The notes under the pieces were generated by a model. That model was not told where the DNA came from, ran no database searches, and saw only the letters and a program-made list of their open reading frames with translations. The position numbers were made by a program, and so were the translations under genes. Of a DNA stretch of 64,000 bases, positions 53,066 to 61,487 are shown one piece after another (the stretch's first letter is position 1; each line of letters starts with the position of its first letter). Where the stretch lies: positions 128,001 through 192,000 of the IMG/VR virus record IMGVR_UViG_3300035182_002389; one strand, given 5' to 3'. Source of the stretch: a virus. Its lineage: Duplodnaviria; Caudoviricetes.

Positions 53066-54703
53066 ATGACCGAAGGCTACAATCCGTTCACAGGCTTCTT
53101 CCTGTCGCCGAACCTCTGCTCCTTGTCCAACGAGGACACGAGCGGCCTTCAGAACGGCTGCCTCGCGTACGTGGAGGATGTCAACCGCTACTACCGCTAC
53201 GCGGCCAACGGGACCGACGCGCCGCTCGACGGCGTCTACGTGGTCTCGACGTGGACGGGCCCCATCAACCCGGGCTGCGACCCGCTGCCGCCCGGCCTCA
53301 ACGCGCACGGTACCGACAAGCCGCGATGGGTCCTCACCAACCTCGCCGACGCGATCGGGACCACGGCCAACTCGACCAAGTGGTTCATCGACGCCGTCTT
53401 CGGCAACGACAACAACATCGGCACCGTCCCGAGCAAACCGCTCCAGACGTTCCGCGAGCTGGGTCGGCGCTGGAGGAACGGCGCGACCTACAACACCGAC
53501 TACATCTTCGTCACGATCCTCTCGGATCACTTGCTCGACGACGACGTCATCGACATCTGCCGACCGCTCGGCGACCCCAACCAGAGCCAAAACTTCCCCA
53601 TCATCATCCAGGGAAAGCGTCAGGATCCTGTCAGTTCCGGCGTCATCGGACCAGTCTCGGTCGGCGTCTACCACGCCGCTCCCGTGTCTCCTGGCATCGC
53701 AGCCGGAGGCCACGGCGTTCTGCTCGACATCGGCGCTCTCGGCGCGGCGTATCCGAACAGCTTCCTGCAAATCACCCGCCCCGGCGTTCTCCTCAATGCG
53801 TGGATGTGCTTGGTCGGAGTCTACAACTCCGGCACACCCCCGCTCGACTACTCGACTCCCATCGTTCTGCAAGCGGTCGCTCCGTCGCCTGCCATCCCAC
53901 CGGACCCCGCCCTCAACCAAGACTCTCCCGTTCCAGGCGACACCTTCAACGTTCTCGGGGACGGATGCAGCATCCCCGACACCATCGTGCTCGACATTCC
54001 GTCGTTCGCCGAGGTCTGGTTCTACGACGTCGAGCTGCGGCAGGGGACGCCCACCACGCCGACCGCCGTGCAGAACCTTCAGTCTGGCGCGATGCGCTTC
54101 TACCGTTCTTCGGGATCCTCGGCGAATCCTGCACGGCTCTACACCGGGCCGAACTCCCAGGTGTCCCTCTACTTCATGGGGAGCACCACCAAGGACATCC
54201 AGGTCCTCATGCGAAACCCGGCCACCTCGGCCGGACAAAGCAGCTACTCGATCAGCGGCGGGCTTCGCCTGGACGCTTCCCTCTACGACAACAATCAGGG
54301 CATCGACGCCAACGCCGTCGACTTCTGGAACGATTCCGTCTTCGCGCCAGGCGCCTACGTCACCCTCCAAAGCGGGCGCATCCTCACGGTCGTCGACCTG
54401 TGGATCCAGTACAACGTCGCAACGAGCATCCGCAGCTCTGGCGGCGTCATCTTCTTCAACAACGCGCTCTACGGCAGCGGCAACCTTGCCGACATCATGC
54501 AACTCGGCGAGTACACCAAGGGCGTGTACAGCAGCGCTGCGCAACTCACCGTCGCTGCCAACCTTGGCGCCGCTCAATCGGGCGGCATCAACTACCTCAA
54601 CGGCGTCTCGAAGACGTTCGTTCCCGCCGACCTGCCGTTCGTCTCCATCGCCACAGGTGCCGACTCGCAATCCGGCATGATCAAGCGAGGCGGCGGCATC
54701 TAA
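53066..54703 (+). CDS. EGYNPFPG-family paralog 8 with long beta-helix-like spike C-terminus
   Basis: MTEGYNPFTG..CSLSN..GCLAYV..STWTGP..H..PRWVL, then WFIDAVFGNDNN.G..KPLQTF (start-of-tailspike-type motif). Confidence 0.75.
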   Translation: MTEGYNPFTGFFLSPNLCSLSNEDTSGLQNGCLAYVEDVNRYYRYAANGTDAPLDGVYVVSTWTGPINPGCDPLPPGLNAHGTDKPRWVLTNLADAIGTTANSTKWFIDAVFGNDNNIGTVPSKPLQTFRELGRRWRNGATYNTDYIFVTILSDHLLDDDVIDICRPLGDPNQSQNFPIIIQGKRQDPVSSGVIGPVSVGVYHAAPVSPGIAAGGHGVLLDIGALGAAYPNSFLQITRPGVLLNAWMCLVGVYNSGTPPLDYSTPIVLQAVAPSPAIPPDPALNQDSPVPGDTFNVLGDGCSIPDTIVLDIPSFAEVWFYDVELRQGTPTTPTAVQNLQSGAMRFYRSSGSSANPARLYTGPNSQVSLYFMGSTTKDIQVLMRNPATSAGQSSYSISGGLRLDASLYDNNQGIDANAVDFWNDSVFAPGAYVTLQSGRILTVVDLWIQYNVATSIRSSGGVIFFNNALYGSGNLADIMQLGEYTKGVYSSAAQLTVAANLGAAQSGGINYLNGVSKTFVPADLPFVSIATGADSQSGMIKRGGGI

Positions 54704-54720
54704 CCAGCCTCCAGGGCAAA

Positions 54721-54765
54721 CGAAAGGAGGGAAGGGCGTTCGCCCGACCCTCCTTCGTTGTTTTG
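54721..54765. terminator. Probable bidirectional rho-independent terminator
   Basis: AGGAGGG..GGGC-GTTC-GCCC..CCCTCCT stem followed by TTGTTTT; between convergent genes. Confidence 0.7.
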
Positions 54766-54824
54766 ATGGCCGACTTCTACCGCCCTCGCCGCCACCATTT
54801 CACCTTCTGATCATCCGTTCGCCG

Positions 54825-55148
54825 TCAGCCAATCACCTCGACGCCTTCGTTCTGTGCGCGGACGCGGAAGAACCACGTCTCGTTCCGGCGGGACGCGACG
54901 TACTCCTTGCCCTTGAAGATGAACGGGCCGTTCTTCTTGAGGCGGTCGACGAGACCCTTCACGTGCACGCTCATCTGCTCGCGAACGGTCTTGATCCGAA
55001 CCTCCAGCGTCTCGATTTCGGCGGACATTTTCTCGTAGGAAACGAAGAGCGCCTCCTTCTCCACCGCCGTCAAGGGCGGCAGCTCCGGGACGTCCGTCTT
55101 CTCTTCCGCCGTCTTCTTCTCGTCCGTTTTCTCGGCCGTATCGTTCAT
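54825..55148 (-). CDS. Small coiled-coil plus beta protein
   Basis: AAGGAG SD before the ATG at 55148 on the minus strand. Confidence 0.65.
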   Translation of the reverse strand: MNDTAEKTDEKKTAEEKTDVPELPPLTAVEKEALFVSYEKMSAEIETLEVRIKTVREQMSVHVKGLVDRLKKNGPFIFKGKEYVASRRNETWFFRVRAQNEGVEVIG

Positions 55149-55199
55149 GGTGCTCTCCTTTGGGCCGTCCACGACCCATGCCTGTGATAGCATTTTCTC

Positions 55200-55463
55200 A
55201 TGGGCGACTGGCAAGAAGATGCGAGAAAACCGATCAAGCAAGGCAAGTGCGTCTGGTGCAATGGCTCTCGACTAAGCATAACTCTTTCCCAAGAACGCCA
55301 GACCATCCTGGCGAAGCAATGGGATCAGAAAATCCTCTCGATGCCTCCCTCCGCTACGCGCGCCGAAGCGTCCAGGCTCCGAGAAATGCGCAAGAGGGTC
55401 GACCAGGCCAAGGCCGGCAAGTTGTGCGAGACGTGCGTCGGCTGGCTCGAAAAGGGCGCGTAG
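55200..55463 (+). CDS. Small protein with two CxxC motifs
   Basis: CVWC..CETC; TAGCAT -10-like box upstream. Confidence 0.55.
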   Translation: MGDWQEDARKPIKQGKCVWCNGSRLSITLSQERQTILAKQWDQKILSMPPSATRAEASRLREMRKRVDQAKAGKLCETCVGWLEKGA

Positions 55464-55540
55464 TCGAAGCGTCGGCGGTGCTTCGCGCGAGGAAGCGTAG
55501 ACCTCCCACCGAATACGCGTGGTAGTCTCAGCCCAGGCTC

Positions 55541-56035
55541 ATGCTCCTCCGCAAGTGTCAGGCGCCAGGCTGCGAGCACACGTTCATCGTGGGCGCACGC
55601 AACGCGCATCAGAAGTACCACTGCCGAAGTTGCGGAGAGGCCGACCGGAAACGGTGGATGCGCCCCGAGCGGCAGCAATACATGCGCGGATACATGCGCG
55701 ACTACCTTGTCGGCTACGTTCGTCCTGAAGACCGGGCCAACGACGGCGAGGAGATGCCCAGCGCCATGGTTGCCGGCGCGGAGCCCGTCAGCGAACAAAA
55801 GGCAACGCCCAATCAGGAGATCCTGATCGAGTCGCCCATCCTGACAACGCACCATCTAACAATCGCGCCTTCGACCAAGCCCGACCTCAGCCTCTCGTTT
55901 CTCAAGACTTCGAGCGCACGAGAAAAAGATTCAGAGCCCGCCACGGAGGCCGATTCTGCGCCCAAGACCTACGATGACGAAGCGTCGGGGCACGTCCTGC
56001 TCTCGCGCAAGAAGCGGCTTGTCAAAAGTCGCTGA
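55541..56035 (+). CDS. Zinc-finger protein, possible DNA-binding regulator
   Basis: CQAPGC.HTF..QKYHC.SC, then a basic helix. Confidence 0.6.
   Translation: MLLRKCQAPGCEHTFIVGARNAHQKYHCRSCGEADRKRWMRPERQQYMRGYMRDYLVGYVRPEDRANDGEEMPSAMVAGAEPVSEQKATPNQEILIESPILTTHHLTIAPSTKPDLSLSFLKTSSAREKDSEPATEADSAPKTYDDEASGHVLLSRKKRLVKSR
56016..56030. promoter_or_regulatory. Palindromic motif GGCTT-GTCAA-AAGTC
   Basis: 14 bp before ATG 56045. Confidence 0.7.
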
Positions 56036-56044
56036 AAGACGCCC

Positions 56045-58627
56045 ATGCTCATTCGCGTTCGCCACATCCCCATCACGCCGTACGCCATGCTTCCCGCAGG
56101 AGCTGCCGTCGGGGTTTACATCCCCGGCGTCAGCGAAATCGGTCACGCGCTGGAGAAGGGGTACAACGCTGCAAAAAGCGCACTCAATAAAATCGGCGAC
56201 GCATTCGAGAGCGCCGGCAAATGGATCGGGGAGAACGTTGGGGCCGGAGGCAAGTGGCTCTGGGAACACGACCCGATCATGCAGCTCGGGTACAAGATCG
56301 CGAAGGGCGAAAACGTCTGGCAAGCGCTCAAGGAGGTCGGCGCCATCATCGGCGAAGACATCCGCATCTTCGGGCCCTACCTCGCCTACATCCCCGGCGT
56401 CGGAACGGCGGCGGCGATGGCCATCGCGGCAGGCCTTGCGCTCGCCAACGGCAAGAGCCTCACCGAGATCGCCATCGAGACCATGCGCGGAGCCATTCCG
56501 CCAGGGCCGTTCCAGACCGCATTCGATACCGCCAACGCGCTCCTCCACGGCAAGAGCATCACGGACGCCGCACTCGAAGCGCTCCACAAGGAGTATCCGG
56601 CGGCCTACGACGTCGCAAAAGCGGCCATCGACGTCGCCAAGGGCGGCAGCATCACCGAAGCTGCGCTCTCGGCCCTCCGCGACCAGTTGCCGCCCGAAGC
56701 GCAAGGGGCCCTGGACGCAGGCATCGCCATCGCGAAGGGCAAGCGCGTCCAAGACGCTCTGCTCGACGGCATCCGCACGGCCCTGCCGCCCGACTATCAG
56801 GAAGCCTTCGACGTTGCCCGCGACGTCGCCAACGGCAAGAACATCGTCGACGTCGCGATCGCCGAAGCCAAGAGGCAACTGCCTCCCGAAGCGCAGGCGT
56901 ACGCGGACGTCGCCATCGCGCTGATCAAGGGCGCGAAGGTTTCCGACGTTCTCATTCAGGCCGCGCGCGCCGCCATTCCCGCCGAATACCTCAAGTATTT
57001 CGACATGGCGATGAATCTCAAGAGCGTCGACGCATCCGCCGTCATCGCCGCTGTCAAGGCGCAAGTTCCTGCGAACACGCCCATCGATCAGGTCTACGCC
57101 ATCGCGAAGAACTTGCAGACGACGGGCGCTGCAACCGGAGGCGTGCGCGCGGTTGTTCGCGGAAACTCCATCGCGTTCGAGGCCAGACCACACATCGCGC
57201 TCGGAGGCCTCTTTCCGACCCGTCCGCCGCAGTACCGACAAGTGTCCGTCGGCGCAGGGGCCATCGTCAACGCTGCCCTCAACGTCGCGATCGAAGAGCT
57301 GCGCCAACGGCTCCCCAGCGAACCTGCCGCGCAGGCTGCGTTCCAAGCCGCCGTCGATCTCGTCAAGGGAAAGAGCCTCGAAGACGTCGCCATCGAGGTC
57401 TCCAAGAGCTTCGTCCCGCAAGAATACCAAGACGCATACGGCAAGGCTGCAAAGGTCGCCGACGACGTCATTCACGGTGCCAACCTCGGCGACGTTGGCA
57501 TGGACGCAATCCGCGCCAACCTCCCCGATGGAGCTGCCGGATACGCCGATCTCGCACTTCGCTTCGTTCAAGGCGAAAAATCAACCGATGCGGCGCTGGC
57601 TGCCGCTCGCCTGCTCCTCCCCGCAAACGCGCAAGGCGCATTCGATCTCGCCATGAGCCTCGCCAGCCAGAGCGCGAGCTTCCGGCAAGCGGCCATCGAC
57701 GCCGTCAAGGCTGCCATGACCCCAGGCCAAGACCTCAACACGGCCTTCGACCAGGCCGTCTCGCTCGCGAAGGACCAGATCCCACAAAGCTTCATCGACG
57801 ATCTCAAAACGAAGGCGGCCATCGGAGACGAACTCAAGGCCGCTTTCGATCAGGTCATCGAACTTGCCAAGGGAAAGGCCATTCAGAGCATCGCGACCGA
57901 GATCGTGAAGGGATACATCCCCGACGATTTCAAGGCCTCATACCAAAAGGTCGCGGATTTTGCGAACCAAGCGCCCACGAGCGACGCTGCGCTCAACGTC
58001 TTTCGACAGAAAGTGTCTCCAGCCGGACAACACGTCGTCGACAGCGCCACCGCTTTGTTCAAGGGAGCGGCGCCAGAGAACATCGCCAACGACGCCGTGG
58101 TCCAGGATGTCGTTGCACGGGTCGTCGCCTACCAGAAGAGCGCCGCTGCCTACCAAAAGGTCGCCGCACCCAGAACGGCCGTTCCTGCCCCGATCCTCGC
58201 CCGCGTGACAAGGCTTCGGTCCAACATGCTCGCCTCCGTCAACGGAACGTCTGATCCGGCGTCCGACCCTCTGCGGTCCCCAGACTTGATCGTCGTCGTT
58301 GCACCCGGCGAAGAAGACTGGACCGCATACAACCAGGCTCTCGAAGACATTGCTCGACGACGGGCCGCGCTCGGCCAGTCCAACCCGTACCTCGGATCGC
58401 CCATCGATCCAGATTTTCAGAAAGCGATCGACGCCAAAACTGCGCAATACCAGGCGGAGATGGCTCCCAAGATCAACGCGCGCCGTTTTCTTCGTCTCGA
58501 AGGCGCAGTCGAAGAATCGGCCGAGGGCGCAACTAAGGGCAAGAGCACGATCAAAACCGTCGCCCTCGTCGCCGGCGGAGGAGCCCTCGCCTACTATTTG
58601 ATCAGGCGCCGCAGGCACGCTCCCTAG
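56045..58627 (+). CDS. 860-aa helical-repeat protein with C-terminal TM (about 32-aa repeats)
   Basis: Repeated G[KA]x[ILV].[DE].A...[LA]R..LP......D.A..[ILV].K; ends VALVAGGGALAYYLIRRRR. Confidence 0.8.
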   Translation: MLIRVRHIPITPYAMLPAGAAVGVYIPGVSEIGHALEKGYNAAKSALNKIGDAFESAGKWIGENVGAGGKWLWEHDPIMQLGYKIAKGENVWQALKEVGAIIGEDIRIFGPYLAYIPGVGTAAAMAIAAGLALANGKSLTEIAIETMRGAIPPGPFQTAFDTANALLHGKSITDAALEALHKEYPAAYDVAKAAIDVAKGGSITEAALSALRDQLPPEAQGALDAGIAIAKGKRVQDALLDGIRTALPPDYQEAFDVARDVANGKNIVDVAIAEAKRQLPPEAQAYADVAIALIKGAKVSDVLIQAARAAIPAEYLKYFDMAMNLKSVDASAVIAAVKAQVPANTPIDQVYAIAKNLQTTGAATGGVRAVVRGNSIAFEARPHIALGGLFPTRPPQYRQVSVGAGAIVNAALNVAIEELRQRLPSEPAAQAAFQAAVDLVKGKSLEDVAIEVSKSFVPQEYQDAYGKAAKVADDVIHGANLGDVGMDAIRANLPDGAAGYADLALRFVQGEKSTDAALAAARLLLPANAQGAFDLAMSLASQSASFRQAAIDAVKAAMTPGQDLNTAFDQAVSLAKDQIPQSFIDDLKTKAAIGDELKAAFDQVIELAKGKAIQSIATEIVKGYIPDDFKASYQKVADFANQAPTSDAALNVFRQKVSPAGQHVVDSATALFKGAAPENIANDAVVQDVVARVVAYQKSAAAYQKVAAPRTAVPAPILARVTRLRSNMLASVNGTSDPASDPLRSPDLIVVVAPGEEDWTAYNQALEDIARRRAALGQSNPYLGSPIDPDFQKAIDAKTAQYQAEMAPKINARRFLRLEGAVEESAEGATKGKSTIKTVALVAGGGALAYYLIRRRRHAP

Positions 58628-58676
58628 ACCGCTCGTCCAACGAAGAAAAGACGTGTACGCTACTGCTCGTCAGCGC

Positions 58677-58691
58677 GACTTTCCGTAAGCC
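58677..58691. promoter_or_regulatory. Palindromic motif GACTT-TCCGT-AAGCC
   Basis: Intergenic, 18 bp before ATG 58710. Confidence 0.75.
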
Positions 58692-58709
58692 ACCGTCGGG
58701 AGACACCGC

Positions 58710-59066
58710 ATGCCCCCGCGCACCAGCCCAAGCATCGATCCGAAGAGCATCCCCTACGACGTCTACGCTCTCGCGTATGCGCTGGCCGACGCTCTGATCC
58801 CCAAGTTCACGTGGGTGCTCACGACCATCGACCAGAACCAGCAGATCACCGTGAGCACGGAGCTGCTCGACGACGTCAACCTGTTCGTCGAATGCGGATC
58901 GGCCGGCATCGTCGAGTTTCAGCTCGAAAAGGACGGGGGCGCCAAGTACACCCAACAAAGCGTCGTTGCGGGGCAGAGAATCTTCGGGAGGTTCAAGAGA
59001 ATCGGCCCGAACACCAACGTCTACCCGCTCATCGGCTACGGCAACTCGTCGCAGCGGTCGCGCTGA
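58710..59066 (+). CDS. Small beta protein resembling vertex spike-base proteins (RcGTA Rcc01079-like)
   Basis: LFVECGSAG.V....DG......V.AG..I.G.FKRI..T pattern. Confidence 0.5.
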   Translation: MPPRTSPSIDPKSIPYDVYALAYALADALIPKFTWVLTTIDQNQQITVSTELLDDVNLFVECGSAGIVEFQLEKDGGAKYTQQSVVAGQRIFGRFKRIGPNTNVYPLIGYGNSSQRSR

Positions 59067-59076
59067 AGGATTTCGC

Positions 59077-59274
59077 ATGAGCCCTCGAAACCACATCCTC
59101 CCCGTTCTTCCGCTTGCCCTGTCGGTTCTCACCGCCGGAGGCGTTCTCAGCTCCTACGTCGGGTGTTCCGGGGCCAACGGCGGCAAGGATGCGCGGGCCG
59201 AAAGCGCCACGGCACAACCGTCCGCTCCGACTTCCAAGATCCTCACGGCGCCGAGCGCGTCGACCTCCAAGTAG
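59077..59274 (+). CDS. Small putative lipoprotein
   Basis: Hydrophobic N-region ending YVG-C, then a low-complexity tail. Confidence 0.45.
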   Translation: MSPRNHILPVLPLALSVLTAGGVLSSYVGCSGANGGKDARAESATAQPSAPTSKILTAPSASTSK

Positions 59275-59325
59275 TTCGCGAGCCTCGGCCCGCCCCAACG
59301 CCCCCACATCCACGAGGAGATCCAC

Positions 59326-60774
59326 ATGCACCGTCATTCCTGCGGCCGAGGCTTCTGCTCCGGCGAATGCAACACGCAAGACCCGCGCGAGCGCGACCGG
59401 AAGAGCCCCGCGTTCCCCAGCCGTTTCGACGGCATGGTTCCGATGCCTCCGCAGATGGCTCCCCCGCCCGCTGCTCCGCCGGCCGACATCAACGCGAACC
59501 CGCTGAACCAGCCGCCCTCGGACGTTCCCCCGTACATCCCCGGAGGGTTCACGTCCGACACCAACATGCCGTTCACGCCCGACCAGGGCGGCGGCAACAC
59601 GGACATGACCTTCAACCCCGACCAGGGCGGCGGCGACGCCAACATGCCGTTCACGCCCGACCAGGGCGGCGGCGACGCCAACATGCCGTTCACGCCCGAC
59701 CAGGGCGGCGGCGACGCCAACATGCCGTTCACGCCCGACCAGGGCGGCGGCCAAGTCATGACCCCGCAGCAGCCCGACATGCCGGCCTACAACCCCGCGC
59801 CCGACACCTCGAACGTCATGCGCCCCGTCGATCAGGGGGGTCAAGACGGTCAAGGAACCGTCGTTCAACCGCAGGGCCAAGGCGACCAGGGCGGTTTCAC
59901 GACCAACATCATGATGCCCGATCAGAACACGTCGACGTCGGTCAACGAACCCATCGCGACCGAGCCTGCGCCCCCGCAGTACACGATCTCGAACCCGGGC
60001 ATGATCAACGTCGCCTACACGCCTCCGGCTCCAGTTCTCGACGAGAAGGACCTCTGGGAGAAGCGACAGCGCGAAGCTGCCGCAGCCGCCCCGGCCCCGC
60101 AGGAGTTCTTCGGCATGATGCGTCTCCCGCCTCCCACCTCCACGATCCAAGGAACGGCGTCGACGGGCGCGTGCCCCGGATGCGGCCGTTCGTACACGGG
60201 GGCTTCTGCGCGCAGCGGCACCGTCGCGCGCTGCCCGTACTGCGGCACGGCCATGTCCGCCTCTCTCGGCGGCATCACCCGCCCGTCGAGCCGTGTCGAG
60301 CGCACGCCCGCGGACAAGCTCGTCGAACGCCTCGTGAAGAACATCCAGGGCACCGCCCACACCTCCGGCGTCGGGCAGACCTACCTGCCGGGAGGCCCGC
60401 GCGTCTCCTCGACCCCCGCCGAGGACCTCATCGCGCGAGGCCTCAAGAACTCGCAGCTCAACTGGCGCGGCGGCCAGTCGGCCGGCGTTCACGGCGCCAT
60501 GCACGCGGACATGCGCGGCGCGACGAAAACGCACGCCGACCACCTCGTCGAGCGTCAAATCGCGATGGCCCACATCCGGCGCAACCCTGCGGCCGTGCAC
60601 GCCCACGTCTCCGGGATCGTCAACCATCCCGCGTCGACGGCCGGCGTCTCCATCGCCGATCCGGCCCTCGTCGAGTACCGCAGCGGCGGCATCTCGTACG
60701 GCGCCATGTACCAGAGCCTCCGGGGCCGCGGGTACACCGACGCGCAGATCGCTGTCGCGCTGAGGATGCGATGA
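59326..60774 (+). CDS. Pro/Gln/Gly-rich protein with tandem repeats, zinc ribbon and basic C-terminus
   Basis: GAGGAG SD; five DANMPFTPDQGGG-type units; CPGC..CPYC. Confidence 0.75.
   Translation: MHRHSCGRGFCSGECNTQDPRERDRKSPAFPSRFDGMVPMPPQMAPPPAAPPADINANPLNQPPSDVPPYIPGGFTSDTNMPFTPDQGGGNTDMTFNPDQGGGDANMPFTPDQGGGDANMPFTPDQGGGDANMPFTPDQGGGQVMTPQQPDMPAYNPAPDTSNVMRPVDQGGQDGQGTVVQPQGQGDQGGFTTNIMMPDQNTSTSVNEPIATEPAPPQYTISNPGMINVAYTPPAPVLDEKDLWEKRQREAAAAAPAPQEFFGMMRLPPPTSTIQGTASTGACPGCGRSYTGASARSGTVARCPYCGTAMSASLGGITRPSSRVERTPADKLVERLVKNIQGTAHTSGVGQTYLPGGPRVSSTPAEDLIARGLKNSQLNWRGGQSAGVHGAMHADMRGATKTHADHLVERQIAMAHIRRNPAAVHAHVSGIVNHPASTAGVSIADPALVEYRSGGISYGAMYQSLRGRGYTDAQIAVALRMR
59557..59751 (+). 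repeat. Five 39-bp tandem repeats (13 aa)
   Basis: GACGCCAACATGCCGTTCACGCCCGACCAGGGCGGCGGC; units 3-5 are identical. Confidence 0.95.
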
Positions 60775-61061
60775 TCTGCGGCGGTTGCGGGCGCGAGTAC
60801 CGAGGCGTGTCGAGCCGTAGCGGCACGCCGCGGTGCCCGTACTGCGACAAGCCGTACGGACAAGCGGCAACCGGCGCGACGAGGGTCGCCCCCGTCATCA
60901 CCGCAGATCAGCGCGTCGTATTCCTGCCGAACCCGCTGAAGGACCGCCCGTTCTACCTCAAGCGCATCTACGACGCACCCACCAGCGACTCACCGATGGG
61001 TCCGATCGATCAGCAGACCACCGCGCAGATTCGCGCGAGGATCATCGGACAGAAAGGGTAG
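60771..61061 (+). CDS. Small zinc-ribbon protein duplicating a segment of 59326
   Basis: CGGCGREYRGVSSRSGTPRCPYC; ATGA overlap. Confidence 0.7.
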   Translation: MICGGCGREYRGVSSRSGTPRCPYCDKPYGQAATGATRVAPVITADQRVVFLPNPLKDRPFYLKRIYDAPTSDSPMGPIDQQTTAQIRARIIGQKG

Positions 61062-61063
61062 CC

Positions 61064-61411
61064 GTGTCGCCCTACGCCATGTCTCCGTACGCCTACGTCA
61101 TCGAATACGGGCTCGCGCTCGGCACCATCACGCCCAGCGAAGTCCGCGACATCGGGCTCGACCCGAGAGACTTCTGGCCCGACTTCTCGCAAGTCGTTCC
61201 GAAGCCCGGCGTTCGGCAGACCAGCTACAAGGGCTCCAAGGTCACGACTCCGATGAAGCCGCCCTACCCCGCGAACGATCCCGTCCTGCAAGCCGTCGCG
61301 TACGGCTTGCAGAACGGAATCATCGCGATCAAGCAGGTCGACTGGCTCGGGCTTCACCCTGCCTACTTGGTTCCGTCGAACGTTCACTTCCCGAAGCTGC
61401 GGACCGAGTAG
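61064..61411 (+). CDS. Small protein with an internal duplicated YGL..G.I...V..LG..P motif
   Basis: Two copies of the motif; start is GTG 61064 or ATG 61079. Confidence 0.65.
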   Translation: MSPYAMSPYAYVIEYGLALGTITPSEVRDIGLDPRDFWPDFSQVVPKPGVRQTSYKGSKVTTPMKPPYPANDPVLQAVAYGLQNGIIAIKQVDWLGLHPAYLVPSNVHFPKLRTE

Positions 61412-61487
61412 GCCCGTCAGTCCTCCGCGCTCGTCGCTCTTGTGCGGCGACGACCAGAAGAAGATCATCGCCTTCACAGGAGACATC

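Noticed and set aside
56045-58627. Siphovirus tail tape-measure gene
   Set aside because: There are no neighbouring tail tube, chaperone frameshift, distal tail or baseplate genes, and the protein has a C-terminal TM anchor.
59557-59751. CRISPR array (also considered for the collagen and histone-like repeats)
   Set aside because: The units are directly tandem, in-frame coding repeats with no unique spacers, and no cas genes are present.
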